Assembly (NCBI RefSeq): GCF_052425735.1
Contig: NC_135770.1
Span: 6,014,001 to 6,078,000 of the forward strand
DNA: 64,000 bases
Direction of reading: 5' to 3'
Source of the DNA: Oculina patagonica
Taxonomy: Eukaryota
In this document: piece by piece, positions 39,678 through 51,136 of the stretch
How the letters are laid out: each line of letters begins with the position of its first letter
Position numbering within the stretch: the first letter of the stretch is position 1
Notes under the pieces: generated by a model
What the model was told of the DNA's origin: nothing
The model's database searches: none
Seen by the model: the letters and a program-made list of their open reading frames with translations, nothing else
Translations under genes and position numbers: made by a program

Positions 39678-42600
39678 TTAAGAAAACTGGTAATTTTGAA
39701 AATTTAAAGGAAACAGTACTTTGTTGTGAAAGTAATCTTCCAAAAATAGATCAACGGGTCTCATGACCAGGTACTTATAATGCACAGTGTCATGCTCCTT
39801 GTAATGGGCGACCTCAGGTCCCCCGGTACCACCTGGATAGGACCTCGTAAATGGGTAAACATCAAGGACCTCTAAGCCAGCTCGGCACATAAGGGACGTG
39901 GCAAAGGCGTTGTAAAGTCTCACTCGCTGAAAAGAAACAAAATAACACCGATTCAGAAACGTCTGCGCCAATCGAAGGAGCTGTTTAGAAGGTATAGCTT
40001 ATTTTTAAAATATTTTTTAGTATTGCTATTACCCCTGGATGAGAAGCTAGTCCGTTCATCGCAAGGAATCCTCAATATTTTTGTCAGGTAATATCCCGAT
40101 GTGGTGAGGGTTACTCATGGGTGCGGACGTGATAGGGGGTGGGGGAAGGGGTGTAGGATACCATATCTTGGGTAAATTGTAAGGTCTTGCTCATGGAGAG
40201 CAAAATAGGGAGGACTGTGTAAGGGAAATTAAATGTTAACTATACACGAAGGTCTTCAACATGGAAAGCCATATGTGAGAGCCAGGGGTGTAAGAGGAAT
40301 ATCTCACGGAGAAGTTTAGGAGGTTTTACAAAACATGTACCAAATATGCTCAAAATTTCCGTTCAAAATCATGCAAAATGCCAAAATTTTGAAAAAAACT
40401 GTATACTTAACACTCACAATCGGCCCATTTTTTGTCTCAAAATACTGTATACTCGATTTAAAGTCCCCCTGTATACTGCATACCTAAAACTGAACCCTGG
40501 CTGACTCTGATCCGACCGTGTAGGAGGAATATCTACCTGAGAAACTAAACACGGAGATTTTGATCATGGATGGAGCAGAGAAGGCGGAGCAAGGAGGGGT
40601 CAGGAGTACATGAAAGGTTAAAGAAGGGACTATGTTGAATGGAGGAAAAGGGGAGGGTCGAGGAGGGGGAGGCTGGAAATTATTTTTACTGACTTTTCTT
40701 ACCGGTAAGTTTAGAAACCGTTGCCAATCGCTCCTTAACCGGCTTCCAATGTCTTTCTCCTTGCACATAGATGTTGTAGTTCTCCAAATAACACGTGTTT
40801 TATACTTCAAGTCACCAGTGTTCGCGTCCCTTTCATTCAAAAGATCTACAACTCCATTCATAAGGCGCTGATAACCCTCCAAGCTTATGCTTTCGATATA
40901 GTGCAGGCCCAAATTTAAAATCATCACACTATTTTCACTCATGTCAGGGTTTTCCAGGACTCCTCGAATAAGATCTAGGACTTGCTGGTGGTCAAAGTCC
41001 TTGTCATCCCAGCCTATCGGTTGTATGCTCGGCCAAGCGTAGGCCCACATTTTAGTCAGATTACAAGTTTTAAAGATATCTTTGCATAGCGGTCCATCCT
41101 TTATGCGCATGTACATTCTTTCAGCCAGCGAGTCACCGACAATCCATAATTTTTGTAGTTTGGTAGCGGATGAATTTTTGTGCTTAGAATTACTTGAAAT
41201 TCCTGAAAATAAATAGAGCAGTGTGAGATCATAAATATTAGATTATAATTATTAGTTAGTGGAGTAAAAATGCCACATAAACGAGTAGTTATTCGCATTG
41301 CAGTTTGTATTTGTACGCGTGCGTAATGAGGAAACTCTAGATTTTTAGCCGTGATAAGAGTTGCCATGGAACCACTTTGTCTGATTTCTAGTCCGTTTAC
41401 TATCTTTGTTTTGGTAGTATTATCTTGTAGTTTTCTATCTTGTTTTGTCGAGTTTGAAGGTGATTTTCTTTAACATCTCAAAAAAACGGACAACCAACAA
41501 TCTCCATTTTTTCTCGAAAATATGTACGGATATTTGTCTTTACTGAAAGGTTTTTTGAGAGCAAGGCTCAAGAAAAACTTACTGTGAGTTTAAAAGAATA
41601 AATCCGTACTGTTTCTTGAAGCCGAGCGGAGGCTATTTTATGTTTATTATCCTTCGAATAGATTCCCGTCGGGGACTCAGATTTTTTTCTTTGTCCCACT
41701 CGTGTCATGTAGAATAATTTCTTCACTATTTATCACCGAGCTTAAATTATTTACTGCAAATTTGATGATTTCGACATTGCTGATCCTAGCAGTATGCAGG
41801 ACGCGTGTCACTTATCAACCTAGTAAATGGCCTAGCTCACAGCGAGTCTCACGTAGCTCAGTTGGTAGAGCGCCCAACCGGAACTGGGAGGCCATGGGCG
41901 ATTCCCGTCGGGGACCAGATTTTTTCTTTGTCCCACGTTCGTGTCATGTAGAATAATTTCTTCACTATAAGTTCATAGTTACCGTATTTTTTACATTCTT
42001 GTCAATTTTGAAATTTCACAAACGTTTTATTAATTTCAATTACTATTTTAGCGACTTTGTACTCACCTTTAAGAAACGGCTTCCAACTTTTTCCGTGCCA
42101 ACGGCCAAAGCCATCCCACATGAATTTACATTTAATACCACAAGACAAATCAAAGCCATAGGAAACATTTGAACTTTCGGCACTCGTGGATAGCCTGCTT
42201 ATTAAATCTGTTCCTGGGAATATAAAATAACACAAAATATCAACAATGTAGTCGCATCATGTAGTGTAATTGAAGCTTTTGTCAATAACAATGATGCATG
42301 CACTGACCAAATAAGTAAAGCCGGTAGCGATACTTGTGATTTTACTACTGTTGTTCAATTTGTAAAGTGACAACTTGAGAATTGAGGTTGATTGAAAAAT
42401 CATTAAAAAAACAACAACAACAACAAGCTTTATTTGCATGACTATAAGTACATACAGTATTGCAAAAGCGTAAAACTTAACTAAACTTATATCAAATCAT
42501 AATAATGTATTAAATAGTAAAAAATAAAACAGTTACGTATGTGTTACATCACTGTCATTCTATAGAAAATTACTTCGTAAAGATAAGCATCCAGTCAAAA

Positions 42601-45600
42601 TGAACTTCATCAGTTGAGTTTTTAAATAATAATTATCAGAATTCGTTATATTTTTTGGTGGCTTGCATAGGAGGTAATTGTGTTATTTTTGGTATTTGAT
42701 TCTCTATTTTGTGTAAAATTCATCTCTAAAACTACATTATTTAGTACAAAACGCCTCAGGTTAATTAATAGGTCTAGGTTCTCTTCATGAATAGGTCGGT
42801 AAAGTGACATTCTTCTAGGTTTTCTTGACCTTACGATCAACAAAGAGCCATTTGAAAAGTCTGAATGGGGTCTAGTGTATTAGTGTTATTGACATTAGAG
42901 TTTATTGTATGTTCACTGTTGGAGAATACTGTGTGTTGAGGGGACACCAGCAGTCATCGCTCCACGTGTACTTGAGCTGTGTGTGCCGACTCGGCTGATC
43001 TCGAGTAGAGATCTAGAGTCTGGAATTCGGATCGTGAGAGACGTCGGAGCCACGATGACACTGTTGGAGGGAATGAGTGAGGATGCCGAAACAACAACAG
43101 GAGAACGACGACAGCGGACGAAGGAAAAGGGAGGGAAACAGGAGGACGCACCAATCAAGCTGTGAAAACCAACCAATCGGCGGAGCGGAGACGCAGGTCG
43201 ACGTGAGAGACAGAGGTGGGAAACTATCGTGACCGGGAGAACTAATCTACCACGATGAAAACACACTTACGATATTGTTGTGTCATGCCATAACTGGATG
43301 ACGAGCCAAAAATTAAGTGTAGTGTTATCGAAGTACCCCCATTCAGACCCTCTTTGAACACTACCTTTCCAAAGCTATCGTATAAGTAGTCTTCACTTCG
43401 ATATGAAAGAGGAACCCTTTTTCAAAGAGAAGTAATAAATCAAGCCACTTACCTCCATCTCTAGGCAATGGTATATTTACCATGATGAGTTTTCCATCTT
43501 GAAACGGTTGAAGAAGATAATCATTTTTTGCACGGTTTACGCCAAGCGTGCCATCTTTTTGAACTTTACCTTGAGAATTCCCTATAGCGAAAAAATAAGT
43601 TCATTAAAAAAAAACCAGACAAAATAAAAATAAAAGAACCAATAAAACAAAACAAAAGAGTTTTAAACGCAAAAGCTCCCTTACCGCCCCTACCCCCTCG
43701 CGCCTCCCGTTTTGCGCTGGCGTCCAGTTTTCTCGCAATTTTTTTGCTGTGTTCAGCGATCGAAGAAAAATACGTGGTGTGAACGAAATGTACAAGCAAG
43801 TTATTGAACAACCGTGTTTTAGTGTCGGAAAACTCAGTAAAACGAATAAAATTTGATTGAAAAAGTAAGATACTGAGCAAATTCTCATTAAGTTAGAAAG
43901 CCCAGATCACTGATCTTCCTAAATTAGCAGAGCGCTTTCAAAAAACTAGATCTCAATAATTATTTCATCATCTGGTCTGACACACGCCGGCAAGTAAACA
44001 ACAAAAGGCAACTGTAATCACAGTTGGGAGTCAGTTGGAAATCCTGAAATTTGTTTGAATAACAATTATGCTAAAAGAAATGTGGATAAACGCAAGTTGT
44101 TTTCCTGGAAAATAAAAAAAAAGTGTAAGAGAACATTGAAAATAATCATAGGCACAAAAGAAGTAAAATAATTTCTTGTGAAAAGAAAAAAAAAAAAAAA
44201 CAATTAAGATAATAGAAAAAAATATCTTGCGGAAAGATTAATTTCCAAGAAGCATACCAAAGTTACATCGTTAGCGGCTACTAATGTTAGGATTTTAGGA
44301 GTTGGGCGAAAATCGCCAATAGTACTCGAAAACTTTCTGTCAAATTTAATACTCGTAAATTAATGTACTCCCCCTCCCGCCCCAAAGAAAAAACAAAATA
44401 AACATAGTCGACTTGAAAAATTCTAAGAAATGGATGTGCCCACTTTGTTTTTCTGGCAATGAAAAAATGCAAATGTTGTAGTTTGTGAGTTTTTCTTTTA
44501 CTGAACATTTTATCTTAGCTATATGTTATTAAAAGCTAGCCTGTGAACGACAAGCGACAGCCGAAATAGGTGTGATCGCAGGATTAAAAACTGGTTTCAC
44601 GATATCACTGAAAAAAAGGAAAATCGCTAAATTAAATAGTCGCCAAATCTTGCAGAAAAAATTGTAAAATTAGTAGTCACTAATAATAGTAACTTAAGGT
44701 AACATGAGATTTATTTGATTAATTTAATATTAATAAGAAGAGTTAGTTAGAAGCGTTATCCCGAAATAGAATCACTACATTTAACCCACAGTATTATTAT
44801 TTTTTCTTCTTGTGGGAAATATGCGCGCTAGAATCTAGGTTGAACGGTCTGCGGGGGAGTAGAAATACTTCCTAGCCGCTTAAGGCGGGGGTATACCGAA
44901 ATTTGAATGGAATTTTAGGAGGTTTAGAGAAGGGGTTGAAGAAATCAATTTTTTTTTTTGAAACACCACCAGACAGTTGACTCCGGGTTACTCCCACGCA
45001 AGAGCACACCAGGTTGTCAGGGGGACTGTCTGCATGGTGTCCGTCTACCAAATGTTCAACTTCAAATTCTAATTTTAAAATCACATTAAATTTCCAATTT
45101 CCCAAAAATCCCCAAAAATCCCCAAAAATCACCCAAAAATTTGCTTGAAACACGAACAAGATATTCGCATCAAACCCAATTTAAACGGCTTTCAGGTGAA
45201 CGTATAGTAGTAGTAGTACTTTATTTAAACACATGTCACCAATGAGCCTGGGGCTCGTTTAAAAGTGAACGTGTATTCTAAAAATTACAATGTAAAAAAT
45301 TTAAATATGATTATCTATTCAATAAAAATACAAAAATTAGACTATAAAATTTAAAATTTAAAAACTAGACTATAAAAATTTAAAAACTACGTGGACAATA
45401 AAATTTAAAAATGTAAACTAATCGATACAAAGATTACAGCAGCAGTTGGCCTCGGTGGTCAGGTTAACATTGTTCAGTAAATTTTTAAAAATTCTAAGAA
45501 AGGACGCTCCTCTTATATTGTCAGGTAGGTTGTTCCATAAACGTAAAGTTATGTAGCGATAAGATTTATGTAAAAACTTTGATTTAAAAGCAGGCTGATT

Positions 45601-46399
45601 AAGCTTACAATAGCCTCTTAGATCATAATTGCTAGAACGCAATGAGAACAATTCCTTGATACCCTCACCTTAATGCTACAGAAACCGGGATATGCTCTAG
45701 CAGTGATTATGGGACATTTGGCTTTTTTTGTCGCACATGAAATCATTATTGAATTTCGAATTTTTATGGTTTAAAAATATAACACTTTTTAGCAACAAAT
45801 AATATAAATTAGTATACGTACTTACCTACTATAAACCAATTTTTCGGAGGATCGCGGTACCCATCGCATAAGCTATAGTCTAGAGTGATATCCAATTTAT
45901 AGACCCCTGGGTCCATAACTAGAAACAAAAACTCGTATGTTCCATTGCCGTGATCAAACGTAGTGGGCGACACGGTGGCTGGACCGCTTAGCAAAACACG
46001 CCACGAGTCGCCACCAATGAGCTTCAGCTTGCCATCGTGAGTCTTTGTTTGTATGCTAAAGCTGCTGAACTGACCCGCGGGTCTGATGTCAAAGTACGAA
46101 ATAAAACTCTTGGCGGCATCCGTTTGTAGCTGTCGATTCGGTGGATCCCCGTTCCACGAGATGTTGTAAAAACAAGGTTTTAACAGTGAGTCCAAGTCTA
46201 CTCGGGCACGACGAATACGACACCAGTTTTCTTGAAAGTGATCGATATGATGCGAAATTCTCATCGAGTTGTCGAGATGCTGTGATTTCCCTTCCTTGCT
46301 AAAACATTGGTAGAAAATGATTTGAATTGCGACGGCTGACAACCATAATTTAAGAAAAAGTTTCCACTTCTGGACAAGAACTTGGATCATTTGGAACAT
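39678..46399 (-). CDS. NXPE-A: NXPE/PC-esterase (SGNH O-acyltransferase/esterase)-like type II membrane protein, 532 aa. Exons 46399-45826, 43581-43453, 42213-42067, 41202-40703, 39926-39678.
   Basis: Five exons with GT-AG junctions (phases 1,1,1,0) sum to 1599 nt with no stop. N-terminal hydrophobic anchor; Ig-like motif GGDSWRV...DHGNGTYEF; SGNH-type motifs LWIVGDS, LNLGLHY, VIWRTT and C-terminal DTVH (DxxH). Confidence 0.88.
41661..41969 (+). mobile_element. tRNA-derived repeat (pseudo-tRNA head at about 41845-41917) flanked by direct repeats of about 68 bp, in NXPE-A intron 3
   Basis: gtagctcagttggtagagc A box; damaged B box gggcgattccc; T-run after the 3' end. gattcccgtcggggac...gtgtcatgtagaataatttcttcactat occurs at 41661 and 41900. 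Confidence 0.75.
42410..42560 (-). mobile_element. CR1-like LINE 3' tail in NXPE-A intron 2
   Basis: Minus strand gcttttgcaatactgtatg...catgcaaataaagc followed by (TTG)n. Confidence 0.55.
42876..43330. mobile_element. GC-richer insertion, possibly an LTR or retroelement UTR fragment
   Basis: Abrupt composition change; AATAAA on - near 42901; flanked by direct tagtgttat(t/c)ga and inverted gtctgaatgggg/ccccattcagac motifs. Confidence 0.35.
45204..45655 (-). mobile_element. 5'-truncated CR1/L2-clade LINE 3' end in NXPE-A intron 1, abutting a SINE 3' fragment (about 45670-45715)
   Basis: FSLRSSNYDLRG...YRYITLRLWNNLPDNIR...CCCNLCID*, then a (CTA)n tail. taatgctacagaaaccgggata matches the SINE at 12737. 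Confidence 0.85.
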
Positions 46400-46557
46400 T
46401 AATCTTCCACTAAAAAGTTATAAGACTATAAGCACAAATATTGCTTTGAAAAAACTCAATTACATTCAAACAACAAAGACTGTTACCGTGGAAATTCAAC
46501 CTATTTACAGGGCACGCCTGTTGTGTTTGTACAGTTCTGTTCTTTGATGTCATAGTC

Positions 46558-46602
46558 AAGTTCTCAGCCTATATTTTGCCACAAAATATAGGCTGAGAAC
46601 TT
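46558..46602. repeat. Perfect hairpin, 21-bp arms, 3-nt loop
   Basis: aagttctcagcctatattttg-cca-caaaatataggctgagaactt. Confidence 0.95.
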
Positions 46603-46774
46603 CAACGCACAAAAAAAAGGAAAATGTGAAACCTCATCTTAAGCCTTGTTTGTTTGTCATATCGAATAGAGGCGAAGCCGGTGACAGACATTTTTTTTGA
46701 TTCATTTTTTTGTCTCAGTTTTAAATTTTGTCCAAACTAGTGAGAAAAAAAATTGCTCAATAAGACGTTTTTTT

Positions 46775-47010
46775 CGCTCAATCCCTGAAGAAGGTCTGTG
46801 TTTCAAACCGAAATATTGGTCAAATTTGTTTAAAATATTTAGTTGTTTAATCTATTTTGTTTATTTTTACTTGCGTACGCCGCGAGGATCAGTCTGCCGT
46901 CAATATGTTGCGTTTTAACTAATTAACTGATCCAGGTCTTCAAGAGATCCGCCATCACTCTTTGGTTTGTCGCTGTGATCTCGCAGATTTTTATTACATT
47001 TTGAATTTTG
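46775..47010 (+). mobile_element. Penelope-like terminal-repeat remnant with a minimal hammerhead-like motif (about 46783-46819)
   Basis: cc-CTGAAGA-aggt...acc-GAAA-ta-TT-gg; resembles PLE-associated minimal type I hammerheads. Confidence 0.5.
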
Positions 47011-47761
47011 TTTACATTATTTCCCTTATTAGCATAAGCGCTTCAGTTTCTGATCGAGCTACAAAAAAAATCAGTTATGAATATTAAGTAAAGACCATGA
47101 CACGTTTAACTTCTGCTATAAATTTGAGCCTGTTGTATTAAATCCTTTTTCTTTGACGCGGGTTTGAAAACTCAAAATTTTACAAAGAATGTATGGGCTC
47201 ATAAGCGCTTTTGCCTCCACAAATCTTTGCAGTTTTTTAATCTCCTTCAATATTTCATGTAAAGAGCTGAAAATTTCGCCGATTATTAAGTTTCATAAGA
47301 TCTCTAAATTTCTGGAGTTATTTTGGATATAGCAGGATGATTTTTTTACGTAAAGGCGTATGCTAATGTAAAATGTAATGGCAAAATGTAACCAATAACG
47401 TCGGAAAAGATCGCTTTATAGTTAAGTTAAATTGTTGAACGCCGACCAGTCAAAACACACATTCCTTAGAGACAGAAACTGGCATGGCCGCTGGCCGACA
47501 ACCCCCTTCTTTGCTTTTTTGCCACGAAAAGAATTAAAATGCGCTTAGAGCAAAACTGAGAAAATAATCCAAACAAAGAAAAAAAAAAACAAAGAGTAGT
47601 AGAAAAAACAAAAAGCGTGCTCGGTAAATGAGTTAAATTACTATGGTGACAGTCTTTGTTGTTTGAATGTAATTCAGTGTAATTTTAATACAATATTCTT
47701 GTAAAGAGCGAAAAATATATTATTATAACCAACTTAGTCAGTGGGAGATAAACGGTTTCAA

Positions 47762-50700
47762 ATGATCCAATTCCTGGTTCGGAAGTGGAAAATTTTTCTT
47801 AAATTATGGTTGTCAGCCGTCGCAATTCAAATCATTTTCTATCAATGTTTTAGCAACGAAGGGAAATCACAGCATCTCGAGAACTCGATGAGAATTTCGC
47901 ATCATATCGATCACTTTCAAGAAAACTGGTGTCGTATTCGTCGGGCCAGAGTAGACTTGGACTCGTTGTTAAAACCTTGTTTTTACAACATCTCGTGGAA
48001 CAGGGATTTACCGAATCGAAAGTTACAAACGGATGCAGCCAAGAGTTTTATTTCGCACTTTGACATCAGACCCGCGGGTCAGTTCAGTCGCTTTTGCATT
48101 CAAACAAAGACTAGCGATGGCAAACTGAAGTTCATTGGCGGCGACTCGTGGCGTGTTTTGCTACGCGGTCCGGCCACCGTGTCGCCCACTACGTTTGATC
48201 ACGGCAATGGAACATACGAGTTTTTGTTTTTAGTTATGGACCCAGGGGTCTATAAATTGGATATCACCCTGGACTATAGCTTATGTGATGGGTACCGTGA
48301 TCCTCCGAAAAATTGGTTTATAGTAGGTAAGCGAAATATTCTTATTCTTTTCATTTTACAACAAAGCGAAGAAATTACAGTTTTTATCGTTCGTTCTCTT
48401 ATTGAGAGAGATAAATCGTTTAATCCGAAAACAACACTTGGAAGTCTATTTGACTGAATAACGTGCTCAAAAAATTACAAAAAGTAACACATATGCTAAT
48501 AAAGACAATATTCGATAAGTAACGAAAACCCTACATTTGGCGACAAAAGTATCCACCGTAGTTGAAACACTTTTTAGAAAATGACTCTAAACGATATCCC
48601 CCAACTCTACTTAAAGTGCATTTGAGGATGATTCTTTCGATTAATATATTCTTCTTTCGATTCAGTCCTCCTTACTCTATTCTGAGCGACATGCGAAGGA
48701 CTTCAAATAAATGCCAATATGTCCAGAAAAAAGTTTCTGTGGCTGATTGCAGGTTATCGAAGTTTGCGCTAACAACAATTATTACATGATCAAAGGTCTG
48801 ATTAATGCAAAATCTACATAAACTCGTTGAAGATCAAGTTGTCAGGAGGTATTTGTTTGTTGATAAACAATCAGTGAATTTGAAAGGTCTTTAATCTCTA
48901 ATAACGTAAGCTTGAGGAAATCTCTTCGTTCTGCCATCCATACAACACACCATCTACGATCCGCGATCTGTAATGTGAGGCGTCCGCCCAGACTTTGAAA
49001 GTATCCTTCCTCGGTACTTAGAAATAAAACTTTTAACTGACTTGTTATTGTTTTGTAAAGGAAATTCTCAAGGCAAAATGCAAAAAGATGGCACGCTTGG
49101 CGTAAACCGTGCAAAAGATGATTATCTCCTTCAGCCGTTCCAGGATGGTAAACTTATCATGATCAATATACCGCTGCCTAGAGATGGAGGTATGCCGAGA
49201 CTTTTTCAAAATTCAGTGAAAAAAAAAAGAGATTCAGTGAGAGAAAAAGAGATCAGCTGAAGGCCCAATTGGAGGGGAGAAGGCTCGCCTTATCTTTATA
49301 TATAAGTGGTTAAAGTACTTTCTCTAGAGATGTCATCACCATCGGAAGTTTTAGTAATAATTATTGTGTTGTCTTTGTCTGTACGATATGTAAAATAAAC
49401 CTGCATGATGGAAGGGCCGTAGAACGAAGGAAGAAGTTTCAATGACACTATCTCAATTCCAGCATCGTGCTGATCGACATAACCGTTTTGGTCTCTCTCC
49501 GAGATTCTGATACCTTTAGCAAACTTTGCAACGACCATAACGCTGGGACAACTTTGACGCTGACAAAGGGCAAAATGTTAAGAACACGCTGGCTAAGAGC
49601 GTAAGAACCCAAGTAAGACGTTTACTTTTATCTTTCTGTTGTATAAATTGCAAATTAAATAGACGAACTGCCAGAATCAATACTTTTTCAATTCCAACGT
49701 GGAATCACCCGTCAGTGACGTAAAGTGTTTAATTTGAATACGTTTGAATGCGAATGATATATTTAAAGCTATGTTCAATATTGAAGAAAAAGAACGTTTC
49801 GGATTAAAATCGTCTCAAATTTGGATCATGTAGACTTGGCTCCAATAGTACATAACCCGAAGTCACCGAGCCTATGGTCAAGTGAAATTTCAACGGATCT
49901 ACCGTAAGCACTAAGTGAAAGGGTTTCTTTTTGATTCTCATGTGATTCTGATTTTTCCCTTATTCTCTCCACAGGCGCATTTTTACTAAACCGGTTGCCA
50001 GACCGTTCCTGTCTGTCTTCCAAGTTTGACTTGTCCTGTGGTATTAAATGTAAATATATGTGGGATGGATACGGTCGTTGGCTTGGGAAAAATTGGAAAC
50101 CGTTTCTTACAGGTAAATCTGTTTTGTTTCTTGTAGTCTCTTAATAGTTTTTCAGCCTCAAAACAAAACAAAAAACAACAACAAAAAACTAAACAAACAA
50201 AACAGAACTCGCGTTTTACCGTGGTAGCAGCAGTTTTAATGATAAAACACTTAAACTCGTTTTGTTATACGTGCAACTAAAAATACTCTGTTTTTCGAAG
50301 TTTTTTAAACATCACCCATTCATAATTTGGTCGCACACAGATTGATCACGCGTGAAACCAGTATTCAAGCTGTTGTTTGTTTCCCATGGAGTTACACACA
50401 TGTACACAGTTTTGTTGCCCTGGAGAGCCTTTTGAGGTTTGAGGCGTGCCACTTGATCAGTCGTCTAATCAAAAACCGCGTTTTGGTTGCGGGATAAAGG
50501 AATTTATACCACGCCATAGAAAATACAGCCAATCAGGAAACAGGAAAGCCGTTGTATATTCGACGGTATTCAACCCAACCTTCCCATAGTGCGCTGCGAC
50601 TGTATTCTCGACGAAATTTAGTAAGCGTATTTTCTATGGCGTGGTATAAAATAGTTACACAACACTTTCTCGTGGTTTACTATGGAATATCCCACTTGTC

Positions 50701-51103
50701 ACTTGTATTTTCTTGGCATACACACTCGCCCTAAGGGCTCGTGTGTATACAAGTGACTCGTGGGATATTCCATAGTATACCACTCGAAATCTGTCATACA
50801 GCTGGAGTTTTCTTTTGTAGCGCAAGAGCTAAGGCACAGTCGATTCATCTAGATTACATCTTTACATCACTAGTGATGTGTGGCGAAATTGTGGATTTAG
50901 TTGTAGGCGAATAGCGATAAAAGAATTAATTAAAAACAACAACAGAAACAACAAATAGACAAATCACAAACAACCAAAACACAAACGACTAAAACATAAA
51001 CAACCAAAATACAGACAAACCAACAAACAGATCTAGACAGACAGGGAGACAGGGAGACAGACAGACAGACAGACAGACAGGCAGAGAAACAGACAGGCAG
51101 AGA

Positions 51104-51136
<33 letters not shown>

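Larger units (their letters stand above)
46400..47761. promoter_or_regulatory. Probable bidirectional promoter / 5' region of the NXPE pair
   Basis: 1362 bp between divergent ATGs. A 30-bp motif is conserved upstream of both genes (46458-46487 on -, 47645-47674 on +, 29/30 identical). Confidence 0.6.

Noticed and set aside
41845-41917. tRNA gene
   Set aside because: T-loop lacks TTC and the anticodon arm is irregular; embedded in a repeat.
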